Below are positions 48,496-57,654 of a stretch of DNA of 64,000 nt, one piece after another (position 1 is the first letter of the stretch; the number at the start of each line of letters is the position of its first letter). This DNA is from Opitutales bacterium. Lineage in GTDB: Bacteria > Verrucomicrobiota > Verrucomicrobiia > Opitutales > JABSRG01. The notes beneath the pieces are model-generated. The model searched no databases. It worked only from the letters and a program-made list of their open reading frames with translations, and was not told the origin of the DNA. Location: NCBI GenBank assembly GCA_051117635.1, contig JBNPEH010000029.1, positions 53,861 to 117,860 on the forward strand. The letters are read 5' to 3'. The position numbers and the translations under genes were made by a program.

Positions 48496-49151
48496 AAACA
48501 CTCGGCCTGCTCCACACCTCCGCGACCCTGGTTCCCGTCTTCAAGGAACTGTGTGCCCGGCACCTCGCCAACCGCGACCTCGCATACTTCAACCTCAGCG
48601 ACGACAGTCTTATCCAGACCGTCATCCGGGACGGCGCCTTGAGCCCGCTGACCCGGCGGCGCGTAGCGGAGCATATCCGCTCGCTCGTCGATGCCGGCGC
48701 CGATGTCGTGCTGGTCACCTGTTCATCCATCGGTCCCGCGGTCGACGAAGCCGCCCCCACGGTCGACATTCCCGTGCTCCGGGTCGACCGGCCCATGGCT
48801 GAGGCGGCCGTCGCCCGCGCCAGCCGGATCGGCGTGCTGGCTACCCTCACCACCACCCTCGCGCCGACGACCGACCTGATCCGGACGGTCGCCGCCGAGT
48901 CCGGCAAGGAGGTCCAGCTGCGGGACGAATGTGTGGCGGGTGCCTTCGATGCCCTGATGGCTGGCAACCCGCAAGAGCACGATGCGCGGGTGTCCGCCGC
49001 CCTCCGCGACCTGGCCCGGCACGTCGATGTCGTGGTGCTGGCCCAGGCCTCCATGGCCCGGGTGGCCGACCAACTGCCGGAGGGGGCGGTGGCGGTACCA
49101 GTATTGTCCAGTCCCGAGCGGGCGGTGCGTCACCTGGCCGAACACGGTTGA
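48492..49151 (+). CDS. Asp/Glu/hydantoin racemase-fold protein with a single catalytic Cys
   Basis: VTCSSIG, RVD.PMA, VLAT..TT, VLAQASMA, PVLSSP. Confidence 0.8.
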   Translation: MKTLGLLHTSATLVPVFKELCARHLANRDLAYFNLSDDSLIQTVIRDGALSPLTRRRVAEHIRSLVDAGADVVLVTCSSIGPAVDEAAPTVDIPVLRVDRPMAEAAVARASRIGVLATLTTTLAPTTDLIRTVAAESGKEVQLRDECVAGAFDALMAGNPQEHDARVSAALRDLARHVDVVVLAQASMARVADQLPEGAVAVPVLSSPERAVRHLAEHG

Positions 49152-49202
49152 GGCAGCCGGGTTATCATTGTCTCCCGGCTCAAAACGGAGAAGCTCGGGC
49201 TC

Positions 49203-50567
49203 ATGTCGGCCCGTCCAGGCATCATCTCCTGCCTGGGGTTCCTGCTCCTCGTTGGTTGCGGGGGTCCGTCGCCATCGAATCACGACGGGCGCACCGTCAT
49301 CCAGTATTGGGAAAAGTGGTCCGGCTTTGAGGCCCAGGCGATGGCCGAGCTGGTGGACCGCTTCAACCGGGAGCAAAACGCCATCCACGTCGAGTTTCTG
49401 TCCGTCAGTCAGATCGACCGGAAGCTCATGCTGGCGACCGCCGGGGGCAACCCGCCCGATGTCTGCGGGATGTGGGCCAACGAACTGCCCGCCCTCGCCG
49501 AGAACGGCGCCCTCACCCCACTCGACGGCCTGATGGCGCAGACCGGTCTCGACCCGGACCGCTACCTCGATGCGGTCCTGCGCAACATGACTTACCGCGG
49601 CCGGACCTGGGGTCTGCCGACCACACCCGCCGCCAGCGCACTGCACATCAACAGCCGGCTGGCCCGCGAGGCCGGCCTCGACCCCGACCACCCCCCGGAA
49701 ACCATCGCCGAACTGGAAGCCTGGAACGAGCGCCTGACCCGCCGCGACGACGATGGCCGCCTGGCGGTGCTCGGGCATATCCCGACCGAGCCGGGCTGGT
49801 GGCGGGACAGCTTCCCGCTGGCCTTCGGTGCCTCCTTCTGGAACCCGGCTGACGGCATGACGCTGCAGACGCCTGCCATGCGGGAGGCCTTCGCCTGGAT
49901 CGCGAGTTACCCGGAGCGCTTCGGGGCGGAGGCGCTGCGCGGCTGGTCGGATCTGGGCGGCCAGTTCGCCTCACCCCAGAATCCCTTTTTCCAGGGCCGG
50001 GTGGCGCTGGTCATGCAAGGGCCCTGGATGCACAATTTTATCGCTAAATTCGCGTCACCGGATTTTGAATACACGGTGGCGCCCTTTCCCGCGGCGGAAG
50101 ACAGCGGCCTCCCCTTCCTGACGCTGGTCGGGCTCGACGTCCTGGTCATTCCGCGCGGGGCGAAACACACGCGGGCCGCCTTTACCTTCATGCGCTGGGT
50201 GAATGAGCAACAGCAACTCGAGGCGCTGAACCGGGCCCACTTCAAGTTCAGCCCGCTCAGGGAAACGTCGGAGGACTATTATCCCGCGCACCCCAATCCG
50301 CACATCGCGCTGTTTGCCGGGCTGGCGGCACACCCCGAGGCACAGGTGGAGGCGCGGTTGCCGTCCTATCGTGCCTTTCGCAACGACATGAATCAGGCGG
50401 TGGACCAGGTCCTGTTCGGCGACATCAGCATCGACGAAGCCCTGGCCATGGTGCAGCGCCGGCAGGCCCGTCGGTTCGACCGCAACCGCGATCGCTGGGA
50501 ACAGGTGGGCCCGACCCGCACCGCCACCTGGGACCGGGTCGAACAGGCGGTATTGAAACAGCCATGA
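49203..50567 (+). CDS. Carbohydrate ABC transporter substrate-binding lipoprotein
   Basis: Lipobox LVGC; GNPPDV, F.QG.VA....GPW. Confidence 0.9.
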   Translation: MSARPGIISCLGFLLLVGCGGPSPSNHDGRTVIQYWEKWSGFEAQAMAELVDRFNREQNAIHVEFLSVSQIDRKLMLATAGGNPPDVCGMWANELPALAENGALTPLDGLMAQTGLDPDRYLDAVLRNMTYRGRTWGLPTTPAASALHINSRLAREAGLDPDHPPETIAELEAWNERLTRRDDDGRLAVLGHIPTEPGWWRDSFPLAFGASFWNPADGMTLQTPAMREAFAWIASYPERFGAEALRGWSDLGGQFASPQNPFFQGRVALVMQGPWMHNFIAKFASPDFEYTVAPFPAAEDSGLPFLTLVGLDVLVIPRGAKHTRAAFTFMRWVNEQQQLEALNRAHFKFSPLRETSEDYYPAHPNPHIALFAGLAAHPEAQVEARLPSYRAFRNDMNQAVDQVLFGDISIDEALAMVQRRQARRFDRNRDRWEQVGPTRTATWDRVEQAVLKQP

Positions 50568-51481
50568 CAGCCGGGGAACGCCAGCGCCTGAAACGCGGGC
50601 TCGCTTTTATCAGCCCCTGGCTGATCGGCTTCCTCGCCTTCAGCCTCTATCCGCTGATCGCGTCGTTTGCGTTTTCGCTGACCGACTACTCGGTGCTGGC
50701 CAAACCCGTCTGGATCGGGGCCGACAACTACAGCCTGATGCTGGAGGACGCCGTCTTCTGGAAGGCGGTCACCAACACGCTCATTTTTGCCGCACTGGCC
50801 ATCCCGATGAGCCTGATCATGGCCTTCCTGCTGGCCCTCCTGCTCAACGCGGGAGTCCCCGGGACCGGCCTGTTCCGTACGCTGTTCTTTCTGCCCTCGC
50901 TGGTGCCGCTGGTCTGCCTGGGCCTGCTCTGGCGCTGGCTCCTCAATGGTCAGGTCGGTCTGGTCAACCAGGGCCTGCAGCCGATCCTCGACGCCGTCAA
51001 CGCCGTGCTGGGTACCGGCCTGCAGGCACCCAACTGGCTGGTGGATCCGGCCTACGCCAAGCTGGGCCTGGTGCTGGCCGGGGTCTGGGGGTGCGGCCAC
51101 GCCATGGTGATTTTCCTGGCCGGGCTGCAGGACGTGCCGCGGCAGCTTTACGAAGCGGCAGACATCGACGGCGCAGGCTTCTGGCGAAAAACCTGGCACA
51201 TCACGCTGCCGATGGTCTCCCCGGTCATCTACTTCAACGGAATCATGGGCCTGATCGGCGCCTTTCAGGTCTTTGCGGTGCCCTTCGTGATGACCGCTGG
51301 CGGGGACGGCCCCGGCCGCAGCCTGCTCTTCCTCGCCACCTACATCTACCAGAACGCGTTTGAGTATTGGAATATGGGATACGCCTGCGCCATGGGGCTT
51401 GTGCTGTTCCTCCTTATCCTGGGCCTGACGCTGCTCGCAACCCGACTCCTTGAAAAGCATGTCCATTACGCCGGCCGCTGA
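50564..51481 (+). CDS. Carbohydrate ABC transporter permease
   Basis: FISPW..GF, G..NY, LYEAADIDGA (EAA motif), MGYACA. Confidence 0.93.
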   Translation: MTAGERQRLKRGLAFISPWLIGFLAFSLYPLIASFAFSLTDYSVLAKPVWIGADNYSLMLEDAVFWKAVTNTLIFAALAIPMSLIMAFLLALLLNAGVPGTGLFRTLFFLPSLVPLVCLGLLWRWLLNGQVGLVNQGLQPILDAVNAVLGTGLQAPNWLVDPAYAKLGLVLAGVWGCGHAMVIFLAGLQDVPRQLYEAADIDGAGFWRKTWHITLPMVSPVIYFNGIMGLIGAFQVFAVPFVMTAGGDGPGRSLLFLATYIYQNAFEYWNMGYACAMGLVLFLLILGLTLLATRLLEKHVHYAGR

Positions 51482-51570
51482 TGCACCTGAGGCACCGCCA
51501 AGCCGCAAAGAACGCCAAGGGTGCCGGGTAGCTGCGACCGAATGCAGACCGATCCCGACTCAGCACGAGC

Positions 51571-51632
51571 AACCGGAACCCCGAACCTAGAACCCAGAAC
51601 CCAGAACCTGTAACCCAAAACCTATAACCTAG
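51571..51632. repeat. Heptamer tandem repeat AACCNNN x9
   Basis: aaccgg aaccccg aacctag aacccag aacccag aacctgt aacccaa aacctat aacctag. Confidence 0.85.
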
Positions 51633-51644
51633 TACTTTCACCCC

Positions 51645-52478
51645 ATGTCCGCCAAACCGCCTCAAACCCTCCTGATTTACGGGCTGCTGGTGCTCGGGGC
51701 AGTGGTGTTTGCGGCACCCTTTTTCTGGATGGTGGTGACATCGCTGAAACCGCTCAGCCAGACGTTGTCGCTGCCGGTCCAGTGGCTGCCGGACGAGCCG
51801 CAGTGGCACAACTATCCGGACGCGCTCGAGGCCATCGGCCCCTTCTGGCGCTACACGGCCAACACGGTTTACCTCTGCCTGCTGACGGTGATCGGCACGG
51901 TCGCGTCCTCTGCCATCGCCGCCTACGGCTTCAGCCGCATCGAGTGGCCCGGACGCGACAAAGTCTTCATCCTGGTCCTGGCCACGATGATGATTCCCTT
52001 CCCGGTCATCATGGTACCGGTCTACACGCTGTTCAAAAGCCTGGGCTGGATCGGCAGTTTCAAACCGCTCTGGGTGCCGAGTTTCTTTGCCGCCGCCTTC
52101 AACGTGTTCCTGCTCCGCCAGTTCTTCCTGACCTTGCCGCGCGAACTGTCCGAGGCCGCCCGCATTGACGGCTGCTCGGAATGGCAGATTTTCTGGCGCG
52201 TCATCCTGCCCCTCGCCAGACCCGCCCTGCTGGTGGTCGCGCTCTTCCAGTTCATGGCGACCTGGAACGACTTCCTCGGGCCGCTCATCTACCTCACCGA
52301 CCAGGATGACTTCACGTTGGCGGTCGGCCTGCAGGCCTTCCAGACCCAGGGCGGCGGCACCGACTGGCATCACCTCATGGCCGCCTCCACCCTCGTTGTT
52401 CTGCCCGTGATCGTCCTGTTTTTCCTGGCCCAAAAAGCCTTCATCCAGGGCATCGCCACCACCGGCGGAAAGGGATAA
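51645..52478 (+). CDS. Carbohydrate ABC transporter permease
   Basis: ELSEAARIDG, WNDFLGPL, QKAFIQG. Confidence 0.93.
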   Translation: MSAKPPQTLLIYGLLVLGAVVFAAPFFWMVVTSLKPLSQTLSLPVQWLPDEPQWHNYPDALEAIGPFWRYTANTVYLCLLTVIGTVASSAIAAYGFSRIEWPGRDKVFILVLATMMIPFPVIMVPVYTLFKSLGWIGSFKPLWVPSFFAAAFNVFLLRQFFLTLPRELSEAARIDGCSEWQIFWRVILPLARPALLVVALFQFMATWNDFLGPLIYLTDQDDFTLAVGLQAFQTQGGGTDWHHLMAASTLVVLPVIVLFFLAQKAFIQGIATTGGKG

Positions 52479-52681
52479 ACCATGCCCTTCTCCCCCAGGC
52501 CCCTGATCCAGTCGGTCGGGAGCCGAGTTGGGCTGCCGGCTACGGTTTTTATTAAAATACTGCAAAGTCCCTGAGTCGCGCTGAGGCCTCACCCCAGGAA
52601 CCGAAGAGCCCAAGCAGACAGGATGGTAAGCGGCCCCCTTCACCGATTGCCAATCGCGGACTCACTGCGGATACTGCCACC

Positions 52682-53464
52682 ATGTCCACCTTCCGCCCCG
52701 GCCTCGTCTCCATCACCTTCAGGAAATTGTCCACCGATGCCATCATTGAGCTCTGTCAGGAAGCCGGGCTCGAGGGCATCGAATGGGGGGGCGATGTCCA
52801 TGTACCGCCCGGCGAAGGCAAAACCGCGTCTGAAGTCGGCAAGGCTACCCGGGACGCGGGCCTGAACGTCGCCGCCTACGGATCCTATTATCGCGCCGGC
52901 CCGGGGCTCCGGGATGAATCGAAGTTCGACGCCGTGCTCGAATCGGCGCGCATGCTGGGCGCCCCCTTGATCCGGGTCTGGGCCGGCCCCAGGCAACCGG
53001 TAGCCGAAGCGACCGAGCAGGACTGGAAGGACGCTTTCGAGGATGCCAAACGCATCGCGGCCCTGGCCGAGCCCTTGGGTATTCAGATCGCCTTCGAATA
53101 CCACGGCGGCACCCTCACCGAATGGCCGGAAACCGCCTCACGGCTCATGAGCGGCTGCGACCACCCGAACATCGATACGCTCTGGCAGCCCATCAACGGC
53201 GCACCCCTCGACACCAATCTCGACGCCCTGCACCGGGTGGGACCACGCATCGCCAACCTGCACGTCTTTCACTGGGGCGACGGCTCTCAGGACCGGTACG
53301 CTTTGGCAGCCGGTGAGGAACGCTGGAAGGCCTACCTCGAAGCGGTTGAACAGTATCCCCGGGACGGTCGCTGGGCCTTGCTCGAATTCGTCAAGGAGGA
53401 TGATCCCCGGCAATGCGTTGAAGACGCGGCCACCCTGCGCAGCTGGCTTGCCGGGCGGGCTTGA
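52682..53464 (+). CDS. Xylose-isomerase-like TIM-barrel sugar isomerase/epimerase
   Basis: IEWGGDVH, YGSYY, IRVWAG, EYHGGT, WQP, HVF, LLEFV. Confidence 0.85.
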   Translation: MSTFRPGLVSITFRKLSTDAIIELCQEAGLEGIEWGGDVHVPPGEGKTASEVGKATRDAGLNVAAYGSYYRAGPGLRDESKFDAVLESARMLGAPLIRVWAGPRQPVAEATEQDWKDAFEDAKRIAALAEPLGIQIAFEYHGGTLTEWPETASRLMSGCDHPNIDTLWQPINGAPLDTNLDALHRVGPRIANLHVFHWGDGSQDRYALAAGEERWKAYLEAVEQYPRDGRWALLEFVKEDDPRQCVEDAATLRSWLAGRA

Positions 53465-53561
53465 TGACCCGGCCATTGCAGATAAACACCCCACCAAAGG
53501 GGTGGGCGGAAAGGCTTGTAATCTGAGCGCGGAAGACCATAACCCTGACGTCGTGCAGATA

Positions 53562-53771
53562 ATGCAACGGTTTCTCCCTACCCTGTCGCAGGTCCGTGAG
53601 GCAGCCGATCAGTTGCCTGACGCCGAAACGTCAAAAACCGATGAGATGACGGTGAAGCTCAACGGCTCGGAGTCGAAGCGGACAATCACCTTTGAACGCG
53701 TGCCCTTCAAAAGCCGCACCCGCGGCCTGATCTTCCGTTGGGTCTACACCGGCAAGGTGATGGTGAAGTGA
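53562..53771 (+). CDS. Small hypothetical protein (69 aa)
   Basis: Coding-like ORF that fills the gap and converges on the deacetylase gene. Confidence 0.55.
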   Translation: MQRFLPTLSQVREAADQLPDAETSKTDEMTVKLNGSESKRTITFERVPFKSRTRGLIFRWVYTGKVMVK

Positions 53772-53775
53772 TACC

Positions 53776-54714
53776 TCAGCCGTTGAGCACCCGCAGGTGC
53801 TCGACGACGGAGGCGGGCATGGCCTCGAGGTGATAGCCGCCTTCGAGGAGCGAAACGATCCGGCCCTGGCAGTGCCTGTCAGCCAGCGCCATCACCCTTT
53901 CGGTCAGGCTACCGAAGTCGGCTTCAGTCAGGTTGACCTGCGCGAGCGGATCATCCCGGTGGGCATCGAATCCGGCTGAAATGAGAATGAGCTCGGGCTG
54001 AATGGATTCAGCGAAAGTAACCAACGATTGCTCGAAGACCCGTTGATAAACCGCTCCGTCCGAACCGGCGGAGACGGGAACATTCAGCGTAAAGCCTTCC
54101 CCGGGTCCGGACCCTGTTTCAGTCGCCGCTCCGGTGCCCGGGTAACAGGGATGCTGGTGAATGCTGAGAAAGCCGACCGAGGGATCGTCGTAAAACATCT
54201 CCTGCGTCCCGTTTCCGTGATGGACGTCCCAGTCGACAATCAGCACGCGTTTCAACTTGTAGTGCTGTTGTGCATACCGGGCGGCGATGGCGATGTTTCC
54301 GTAGAGACAAAAACCCATCGCGGTCATCGGCCGGGCGTGGTGGCCCGGCGGGCGCATGGCGGAAAAGGCGGCCCGTTGTCCGTCAGCCAGCACCGCGTCT
54401 ACCGCGGCCAGCGCGGCACCCGCCGTCACCCTGGCCGCCTCCGCGGATTGTTCGGCGATACGTGTGTCCCCGCCATCCAGGACCCGACGCCCGGCCGCCC
54501 AGGCACCGTCCACGAAATCGAGGTAATCGGGATCATGGACCGTCTCCAGCCAGCGACGGTCCGCGGCCTCAGGCTGTATCCGGAGCAGGTCTCCGGCAAA
54601 GGGTGCGCGCTCAATGGCGGGCATCAGGCGTTCGATGCGGGCCACCTGCTCGGGATGCCCCCCACCCGGTTGGTGCTTCAGGCAGATCGGATCGTGAATC
54701 AAGGCGACGGACAT
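53776..54714 (-). CDS. Histone-deacetylase-family amidohydrolase
   Basis: HPE...R, RPPGHHA, GFC, DWDVHHGNGTQ, SAGFDAH..DPL, LEGGY. Confidence 0.95.
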   Translation of the reverse strand: MSVALIHDPICLKHQPGGGHPEQVARIERLMPAIERAPFAGDLLRIQPEAADRRWLETVHDPDYLDFVDGAWAAGRRVLDGGDTRIAEQSAEAARVTAGAALAAVDAVLADGQRAAFSAMRPPGHHARPMTAMGFCLYGNIAIAARYAQQHYKLKRVLIVDWDVHHGNGTQEMFYDDPSVGFLSIHQHPCYPGTGAATETGSGPGEGFTLNVPVSAGSDGAVYQRVFEQSLVTFAESIQPELILISAGFDAHRDDPLAQVNLTEADFGSLTERVMALADRHCQGRIVSLLEGGYHLEAMPASVVEHLRVLNG

Positions 54715-54804
54715 GATTGCACCGTAGGAGCGCCCTGGAAACCTGTCACGGTTGTAGAAGAGGAGCTGATGCCGTTAAATGCCGGGCTTGGCGTGTCGGC
54801 CTGC

Positions 54805-54910
54805 CCGCCACTCCATGGAGACGCCGGCTCTTCCGCCTTCGCTCTTGAGCTGTGGCGGACAGGCCGGCCGGCGTTCGCGACTCCAGGAAGACTTTACAAA
54901 CACGCCTTAG
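54805..54910. mobile_element. Partial inverted copy of MITE family B
   Basis: CCCGCCACTCCATGGAGACGCCGGCTCTT...GGCCGGCGTTCGCGACTCC...CAAACACGCC matches the reverse complement of about 10335-10438. Confidence 0.75.
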
Positions 54911-55036
54911 CCCGAATTTCTCACCAGAATCGGAAAAATGGGCTACCTCACGAACGTGCATTTCAAAGAAATGCTTCAAGCCCTTCGGCCAGAATCACTT
55001 ACCGCCCATTTTTCCGATTCTGGTGAGAAATTCGGG
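54911..55036 (+). mobile_element. MITE family A, minimal 126-bp copy
   Basis: Perfect 33-bp TIR CCCGAATTTCTCACCAGAATCGGAAAAATGGGC; exact target duplication TTAG. Confidence 0.9.
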
Positions 55037-55459
55037 TTAGACCTCCACCACGAGCCATTCGCCGTCATGACTGACCGGGTACGTCTCTGCCTGCAGTTCC
55101 TCGGTTTCCCCGGCTTCGAGTGGGTCACCGGAGACCACATCGGTGGGATAACAGCGGGTCCGCACACGTCGGGGGTCAAACCAGGACCGACCGGTCTTGA
55201 TGTCGAACTCCCAGCCATGCCACGGACAGCGGATGATTTCTCCCGGCCGACCGAAAATGTAGGCACCCGGACGGTCGGCCTTCACCGCGCCGGTGAGTTT
55301 GCCCGAGCAGAGCGACGCCCCCTGGTGCGGACAGCTGTCTTTCAGGGCATAGAAGACGCCATCGACATTGAAAATACCGATGCGTCGCCCTTCGATTTCG
55401 ACGATCTTGCGTTCACCAGGAGCAATCTCCCCGGGCCGACCGATCACGTGGCGCGCCAT
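55037..55459 (-). CDS. Rieske [2Fe-2S] ferredoxin
   Basis: CPH...CPWH ligand motif. Confidence 0.93.
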   Translation of the reverse strand: MARHVIGRPGEIAPGERKIVEIEGRRIGIFNVDGVFYALKDSCPHQGASLCSGKLTGAVKADRPGAYIFGRPGEIIRCPWHGWEFDIKTGRSWFDPRRVRTRCYPTDVVSGDPLEAGETEELQAETYPVSHDGEWLVVEV

Positions 55460-55461
55460 GG

Positions 55462-56571
55462 TCAGGGTTGTTCCGGCAGCCCATACAACCGGCAGGCGTT
55501 CCGGTAAAAATAGGCGGCCTCCCGCCCGGCGGACAGGCGGACGGGGAAGGCCCGATCCGGTGCGTCGAAATCCCAGTGCGGATAGTCGGTGGCGAAGAGG
55601 ATCCGGTCATCCATGTCGAGGTGGTTCAGCATCTGGTCGAACTGATGCCGGTCGGGCGGTTCCTCCATCGGCTGGGTGGTGATCCAGAGATTGCTTCTGA
55701 CGTAAGAAGAGGGCGCACGCGTCAGCTCCGGCACTTCGGCCCGCATGGTTTTCCACAAGTGATCCATGCGCCAGCAAAGCGACGGCACCCAGGCCATCCC
55801 CCCCTCCATCAGGATCAACTGCAGGTCCGGCAGGCTCTCAAACACACCATTGAGAACGAGGCTGGCGACATGCGCCTGAAAGGCCTGCGCCATACCCCCG
55901 TGGTCCTCGACATAATAGGACGGCATGCCGGCCCCGGTTAGCGGATGAACCGAAGTTCCGCCGAAGTGAACCGCCACCGGGAGACCGTGGGCGGCGGCGG
56001 TTTCCAGGATCGGCCGGTATTTCAACCCGCCCAGCAACTCCTGGGAACGCACCAGCATCAACACCTGGACAAAGGCGGGATCGCCGGCGCGGCGCTCGAT
56101 TTCGGCGACCGCCTCCGCCGGATCCTCCTGATTGAGGGCTATGGAGGCACGCAACCGGGGTTCCGGCTCCAACAGGTGCTCGACCATCCAGCTGTTGGTG
56201 GCCGCCGCCAGGGCGGTACTGAAGCGCGGTTGAACCTGCCCACCGTAGTGGTTGATCGGATTTAAAATCCCCATTCGGATTTCCCACCGGTCGAGCAGTT
56301 GTTCGCGCATCCAGTCCAGGTCCGAGCCGGGCGGTCCTCCGGTCGGTGGCCAGGCGTCCACCCGGCAGGCGGCCGCATTGGCTTTCGGATAGGTGTGGCC
56401 GGTGAAGCGACGTGAGCCGATGGTCTCCAAATGCGTCCGCCAGCGCTCGGCAAGGTAGGGCTTGAGCGCGTCGAGGGACGGCGGAACCGGATGGATGTCG
56501 CAGTCGATCAGGCCGGATCGGGTACCGGTCTTTCGTGCCGAGCCGGGATGCGGGGCGGTGAGGGTCATCAC
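55462..56571 (-). CDS. Amidohydrolase_2-fold protein with intact metal ligands (AibH2-like)
   Basis: IDCDIH, VHFGG, YYVEDH, EGG..W, TTQPMEEP, TDYPHWDFD. Confidence 0.8.
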   Translation of the reverse strand: MMTLTAPHPGSARKTGTRSGLIDCDIHPVPPSLDALKPYLAERWRTHLETIGSRRFTGHTYPKANAAACRVDAWPPTGGPPGSDLDWMREQLLDRWEIRMGILNPINHYGGQVQPRFSTALAAATNSWMVEHLLEPEPRLRASIALNQEDPAEAVAEIERRAGDPAFVQVLMLVRSQELLGGLKYRPILETAAAHGLPVAVHFGGTSVHPLTGAGMPSYYVEDHGGMAQAFQAHVASLVLNGVFESLPDLQLILMEGGMAWVPSLCWRMDHLWKTMRAEVPELTRAPSSYVRSNLWITTQPMEEPPDRHQFDQMLNHLDMDDRILFATDYPHWDFDAPDRAFPVRLSAGREAAYFYRNACRLYGLPEQP

Positions 56572-56601
56572 AGGTCAGCTAAGGGTATCAGGGCCGCGGG
56601 A

Positions 56602-57654
56602 TCAATGATCGGCCGCGGGGGCAAACGCTCCCAGCCGGGGATACCAGGATCGGGCATTGGCGCCCGCGACGGTTTGACGGTCCGTCGGCACCAGACAGGC
56701 CGGCAACCAGCCGGCAGGGCGGGCGTAGTTCCTCGGCAGCGCGGACCCCCACAACAGGTTGTCCGCCTTCGCGGGCAGCTGGTGAATCAGCGACCGAACC
56801 GTTTCCTGATCGTCCGGACCGTCGAACGGGGTCGTAGTCAGGCGGATCCGGTCCCGGACATGCGCGGAGGGCGGATCCTGCACCCAGGGCGTATGCTGGC
56901 GGAGGCCTTTCCATTCCTTGTCGAAGCGCCAGCAGAGTGCCGGGAGCCAGGTCACGCCGGAGCCGGCCAGCACGACCCGCAGGTCCGGAATTTCGGCGAA
57001 GGCCCCTTCAAAGATCAGGCTGACGACCTGGGCCTGAAAGACGGAGGCGAAGTCGGTCACCTCCTCCATGTAGGTGGCCGGCCAGCCGCTGGGCGTCGGG
57101 GGATTGCCCGGGGAACCGCCGGGCGTGAGGCAGATGACCAGGCCCCGTGCCGCCGCGACGCGAAACAACGGCCAGTAGCGACGGTTGCCGTAGGGTTCCC
57201 GCGAACGGACCGGTAACTCGACCTGGACGAACCGCTCGTCGGCAGCCTGCTCTTCGACCAGCGGGGCAGCCATCTCCGGATGCTGGCTGGGCACCACCAG
57301 TGATCCGCGAAACCGGGAATCCATCGACAGCCAGGACTCGGCCAGCCAGGCATTGGCCGCCCGCGCGCTGGCCAGGGCCAGATCCGGCTGATGAATGCTT
57401 TCCGGGCGAAAGCCGGACCGGAGGATGGCGAGATCGGTGACCGTTCCGCTGTTCAGGTGGTCCGCCAACCAGGCCGCATCGAAAGATTTGGGTACATCTT
57501 CCCGCCAGCTGATGGCGGCCGTATCCGGAAAATCATCACAATCGGGACCCTGATAGCCCGATGTGTCGATATAGTCGACGAACGTGGCTGGCAGCCAGGG
57601 CTTGAGGTCGGCGTTGGCCGGCGTCGGGACCTGGATATCCGCGTCGATTCTCAT
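56602..57654 (-). CDS. Amidohydrolase_2-fold paralog with degenerate metal ligands (AibH1-like)
   Basis: IDADIQ (H to Q), TPGG in place of HxGG, WGSALPRN in place of DYPHWD; otherwise colinear with its neighbour. Confidence 0.75.
   Translation of the reverse strand: MRIDADIQVPTPANADLKPWLPATFVDYIDTSGYQGPDCDDFPDTAAISWREDVPKSFDAAWLADHLNSGTVTDLAILRSGFRPESIHQPDLALASARAANAWLAESWLSMDSRFRGSLVVPSQHPEMAAPLVEEQAADERFVQVELPVRSREPYGNRRYWPLFRVAAARGLVICLTPGGSPGNPPTPSGWPATYMEEVTDFASVFQAQVVSLIFEGAFAEIPDLRVVLAGSGVTWLPALCWRFDKEWKGLRQHTPWVQDPPSAHVRDRIRLTTTPFDGPDDQETVRSLIHQLPAKADNLLWGSALPRNYARPAGWLPACLVPTDRQTVAGANARSWYPRLGAFAPAADH

Noticed and set aside
53776-54714. Histone deacetylase as a eukaryote-derived gene
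   Set aside because: Bacterial HDAC-family amidohydrolases are widespread and the composition matches the host
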